Source of the DNA: the human T2T-CHM13v2.0 reference genome, Homo sapiens
Length of the DNA: 64,000 nucleotides
NCBI RefSeq assembly: GCF_009914755.1
Contig: NC_060927.1
Direction: 5' to 3' (one strand)
This document shows, one piece after another, positions 59,816 to 64,000 of the stretch. The notes under the pieces were generated by a model that did no database searches, was not told where the DNA came from, and saw only the letters and a list, made by a program, of their open reading frames with translations. The translations under genes were made by a program, and so were the position numbers. Position 1 is the first letter of the stretch; every line of letters starts with the position of its first letter.

Positions 59816-60688
59816 AAAATCCTCAGTACATGTCTTTAAATCTGATTGGGGCTCTCTCCCCCTAAAGTTTTTTAATGACTTCTCATCACTTAGAAGTTAA
59901 AATTCAAAAACCTTATCATATTATACTTGGTAATCTTCTGCCATGATCCACATCAGACTACTAATTTTTAAAATGCACTGTTCTTTCTCATTCCTGTGTG
60001 CTTGTACATGTGGTATTGGCTTTGTCCTGAAACTTCCTTTCTCATTTCTTCCTACAGATAATTTCTTCTCATCCTTCAAGATTTAACATATTGGATAATA
60101 TACAAAAGCTAATGTTGTTCCTGAATTAATAATCCTCTTAAACAATAAGCTTAAAAGGAAACATGCAGGATTTAACCTTTCTAAGAGATAGGAAAGAAAA
60201 TGTGAATAAATGGAGAAACATATTGTGATCAGGATTGGAAAAATTGACTGCAATAAAGATGTGAAATATCTCCAAGTTTAAAGCATTTAATATAATCCTA
60301 GGCAAGGTTACTATATCTCTACCTGTCTACATACACAAATATTGTATAAATTATGTTTAACTGAACTTTTATTCCAAAGTTCATCTGAAAGAATAAACAT
60401 TCAAGATAGCTTTGAAAATTCTGAAGAAAAAAAGAAGAACGAATAGAGATTTGTCCTGTCTGATGTTAACTAATTGAAAGTGTTCTACTCCTTTTTAGCT
60501 GATGGGTAGGCACATGATGCAAGCCAAGCCGCTCCTTCTGTATAACTGTGTTTCCGATCATTTTTTTATTACACATGACTCAACACTGGATAGATTTTTC
60601 AGCCTGTTTGGAGGTAAGATTAGGATGAACTGCCGTAAGACTTATAATAGTGGCGTTTGCAGATTTCCCTTTGGGATCAGTTTTAAAG

Positions 60689-60860
60689 CAGTCTCCCCCA
60701 AAGTGTGGTCCTGGGGATCAGCAGCATCAGCATCACCTGAAAACTTGCTAGAGCTACGAATTTCAGGCTCTCTTTCAGACCTACTGAATCAGAAACTCTG
60801 GCTAGGTCCCTGCAGTCTGTTTTACAGACCCTTGATGCACACTTAAGTTTGCGAACCTCT
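60689..60860. mobile_element. MER5A (hAT-Charlie)
   Basis: CAAAGTGTGGTCC...CAGCAGCATCAGCATCACCTG...AGACCTACTGAATCAGAAACTCTG. Confidence 0.85.
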
Positions 60861-61666
60861 TTCTTAAGGAAAGAGGTTGTCATCCTCCAAAATAGCTGAA
60901 ACAGATACGCCAGGCTCCTGTGACTCACCATCCATAGTAAGAGGCAGTGAAAGGAGAAAGCAGTTTCACGTATTAGCCCTAAATTGAAATTCACATGGCA
61001 CGCTTCCAGTCGCAGGTGTTACATTTCAATCCACCCATTCCTCACATAGGCAACTCCAGGGTGTGTAGCAGCTGGAATTTATTTAATTGACCATAGTTAA
61101 TGAGGCTCCCAAATAACTCAGCTAGAAAGGTCGGCTAGTAAATAAATTAAATATTTCCTGCTGGATCACCTGTCAGTTGATATGAGTTTGTGATTGTTAA
61201 GAGATGGAACTCTTGGACCGAATGCAAATTTAACAGGGTAAAGCTGCTGGGGGAAAGCCTGCACCATCAATCCATAAGTGGTTTTTAAATCATCCTTGGT
61301 TTTTTATCATCTGAGCCACTCATCGCCTCATTAACTCCATTACTGTAGAGTTCACTGTAGTTAGTTTTCCATACCTTTTATCTTCATCAGAAGAAAACAC
61401 TCATTCCCTCTAACACCCTTTTATGATAATACTTTTCCCTCTAATATTAATAGTCTCTAGGAAATTGAATATTGTCTCTAAGAAAAACACTTCCTTGTGC
61501 AAAGAGTGATGGGTTCATTTTGACAGACTTAGAGGTATTTAAAGGCAGGCTGCCTTTTTTTTTTTTTTTTTCCAAGATGTACTGCAGGGAGGGACTAAGC
61601 TGAGTGTAAGCTGAGGCATACCTCTCTGGTGCAGAATTTAAGCCTCAAAAACCTCAGTAATCATAA

Positions 61667-62278
61667 TGTTAACAGTAGAGGGTCTTGACTGCAAGTTGTC
61701 CAGGTTCTTGGAGTTTTGAACAAAGAATCTGATAAAACACACAGCAAAGCAAGGAAAGAATGCCACAACAGAAGAGATTTATTGAAACTGAAAGTACACT
61801 CCACAGTGTGAGAATGGCCACAAGGGCCCCAGATACAGAATATTCTTGGGTCCGAACACCCATTAGAGGTTTTCCATTGGCCACTTGGTGCTTACCTCAT
61901 GTAAATGATGTGGTGGCCCGCAATCAGTCTGATTGGTTGGGGAAAGCAACCAAACGGAGGCTGAAGTGAAGTTACAAAGGTTACACTCTTGTGCAAATAT
62001 CTGATTGGTTATGGACAGCAACCAGAGACTAAAGTGAAGTTACAAAGTTCCACTTCTATGCAAGCGTGTGATTGGTTGCAAAAAGCAACAAATTAGAGGT
62101 ACTTTCAATTTCCCATTTGCCATGCAGAAAATGTGGGGGTTTGCAAAGGGAGTAGCGCCTGGTTCTTTTGTTACTTAGGCATGATGGAAAGTTAGGGTTT
62201 TCCTTTCAATTTAGTTCTCGGAAGTCAGTATGAAATGGCCTTAGGTTCCTTGTCTTCAGACTCTATTCTCTTGCCTCA
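61667..62278 (-). mobile_element. MER51-like ERV1 solo LTR
   Basis: TG...CA termini; 4-bp TSD ATAA (61663-61666, 62279-62282); repeated CTGATTGGTT and GTGAAGTTACAAAG units. Confidence 0.85.
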
Positions 62279-62523
62279 ATAATGTAATATTTCAGTGATC
62301 ACAATTAGTTTTTGAAAAGCCACAGTGAACGAAATACCAGTTTTTAAAATAAAGACAGGATCATAACAATGCTGGATTCAGTCCTGTCAGAGGCTCATGA
62401 GGCAAAAGGAAGAGTCAGGAATACTGATCCTGTCTCTTAAAATCACAGGTAAGTGAAGTGTAAAACTAGGACCACATTCACCTGATTCGTAATATAAAAT
62501 TGTATTGGTATGTATCATATTAA

Positions 62524-62934
<411 letters not shown>

Positions 62935-63304
62935 TAATATCTGTATGTTATAGAGAATTCTGAAAGTATATATGGGGAGAAACGTAAGACTGAGTTTGCA
63001 AACTCAGGAAGCCTGAAAACTGAGATGCTATGGAGAAGAATGGAAATTTTTGCTGAGGAAGTCAGTATAAATAACATTTTTTTCAGCAATTTAATTCTAG
63101 CAGGTGATTGGGAACAAAACTTCAACATTTCGCAAATACAAATCTGTCAGATAATATGAATGCTGATAAGCCTGATAGGTATTTTTTATTGTTTACCTTT
63201 ATACTTGAGAGTCTTATGTAGATATCCCTGTCATACTTTTCTGCAACAAAAACATATACATTTAAAATAATTTTTGATGTCAATAGACTATAAGGTTCCA
63301 AGGC

Positions 63305-63601
63305 AATTCTTTCCAGTAGAAATATAATGTGAAGTATATATATACCCTTAAATATTTAAGTAGTTCCATTTTAAAAAGTAGAAGCAGGTGAAATTAATTT
63401 GAATAATACATTGAACCAATACATTCAAAATATTGTTTCAATATGTAATCAAAATAGAAATAATGAGATATTTTACATTCTCTCTTTTTTTTACAGGTCT
63501 TTAAAATTGGTTACGTTACAGTTACATCACATTTCAGTTGAGACTAGCCACATTTCAGGTGTTCATAGCCACATGTGAGAAGAGGGTATAGTATTGGACA
63601 A
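63305..63601. mobile_element. MER33-like DNA transposon
   Basis: AGGTGAAATTAATTT...AATGAGATATTTTACATT...CTAGCCACATTTCAGGTGTTCATAGCCACATGTG. Confidence 0.7.
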
Positions 63602-63923
63602 TCCAAAAAGTCTTTTCAAGTGACTTTTTCATTAATATTATTATTAGAACCAAAGTGATACACAGGTTTACAAATATTTGTTAAAAGTAACAAGTCAACA
63701 TTTACAATTTTTACAATATTTACAAAATTTACAATTTTTTTCTTAATAATTTTTCTTTTAAAGCTAATTCTTTTTTTAAAAAACTGATACAGGCTTCCCC
63801 GAATAAATATTACCTACTACTAGAAGAGGCAGAGTTCAGCATCAATTCTGTCTGTTTTTTGTGTGATGGTTCTGTTTTTATAGATGCCAGTGCTGTTCAC
63901 ACAGATAAGAAGATGGAAATGTT

Positions 63924-64000
63924 GGCTGGGCGCGGTGGCTCGTGCCTGTAATCCCAGCACTTTGGGAAGCCAAGGCAGGCGGATCGCTTGAGCTCAGGAG
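63924..64000 (+). mobile_element. Alu 5' part, cut by window edge
   Basis: GGCTGGGCGCGGTGGCTCGTGCCTGTAATCCCAGCACTTTGGG. Confidence 0.93.

Noticed and set aside
60576-60927. Two TGACTCA AP-1 motifs
   Set aside because: 7-mers expected by chance at this density; no other support.

Overview
This looks like human genomic DNA from the ARL13B / STX19 / DHFR2 / NSUN3 cluster (recalled as chr3q11). Gene and repeat-family names come from my recognition of the sequence, not from a database search. + strand: ARL13B coding exons 4-10 and 3'UTR (13454 to ~34100), then NSUN3 coding exons 1-3 (41578-62899). - strand: the probable non-coding first exon of STX19 nested in ARL13B intron 3, and the DHFR2 retrogene. 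DHFR2 has an intact 187-aa CDS at 39399-39962 inside a ~3.5-kb full-length DHFR retrocopy with degenerate TSDs, head-to-head with NSUN3 across a CpG-rich promoter. Repeats: many Alus, old L1/MIR pieces, MER20, MER5A, MER33, MLT1, MER21 and MER51 LTRs, a full-length antisense L1PA7-like element split by an RBBP4 processed pseudogene, and an SVA_A-like element in ARL13B intron 7. Most notable: (1) the SVA's true 16-bp TSD lies ~1.2 kb beyond its poly(A), indicating a 3' transduction; (2) its 470-nt pyrimidine hexamer tract ends at a TACAG acceptor that could yield a truncated ARL13B lacking the RVEP ciliary motif; (3) a candidate in-frame 87-nt cassette exon in ARL13B intron 5; (4) DHFR2 appears to have captured a bidirectional promoter and a splice acceptor just outside its TSD. 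Almost all other ORFs in the track are repeat-derived or spurious.
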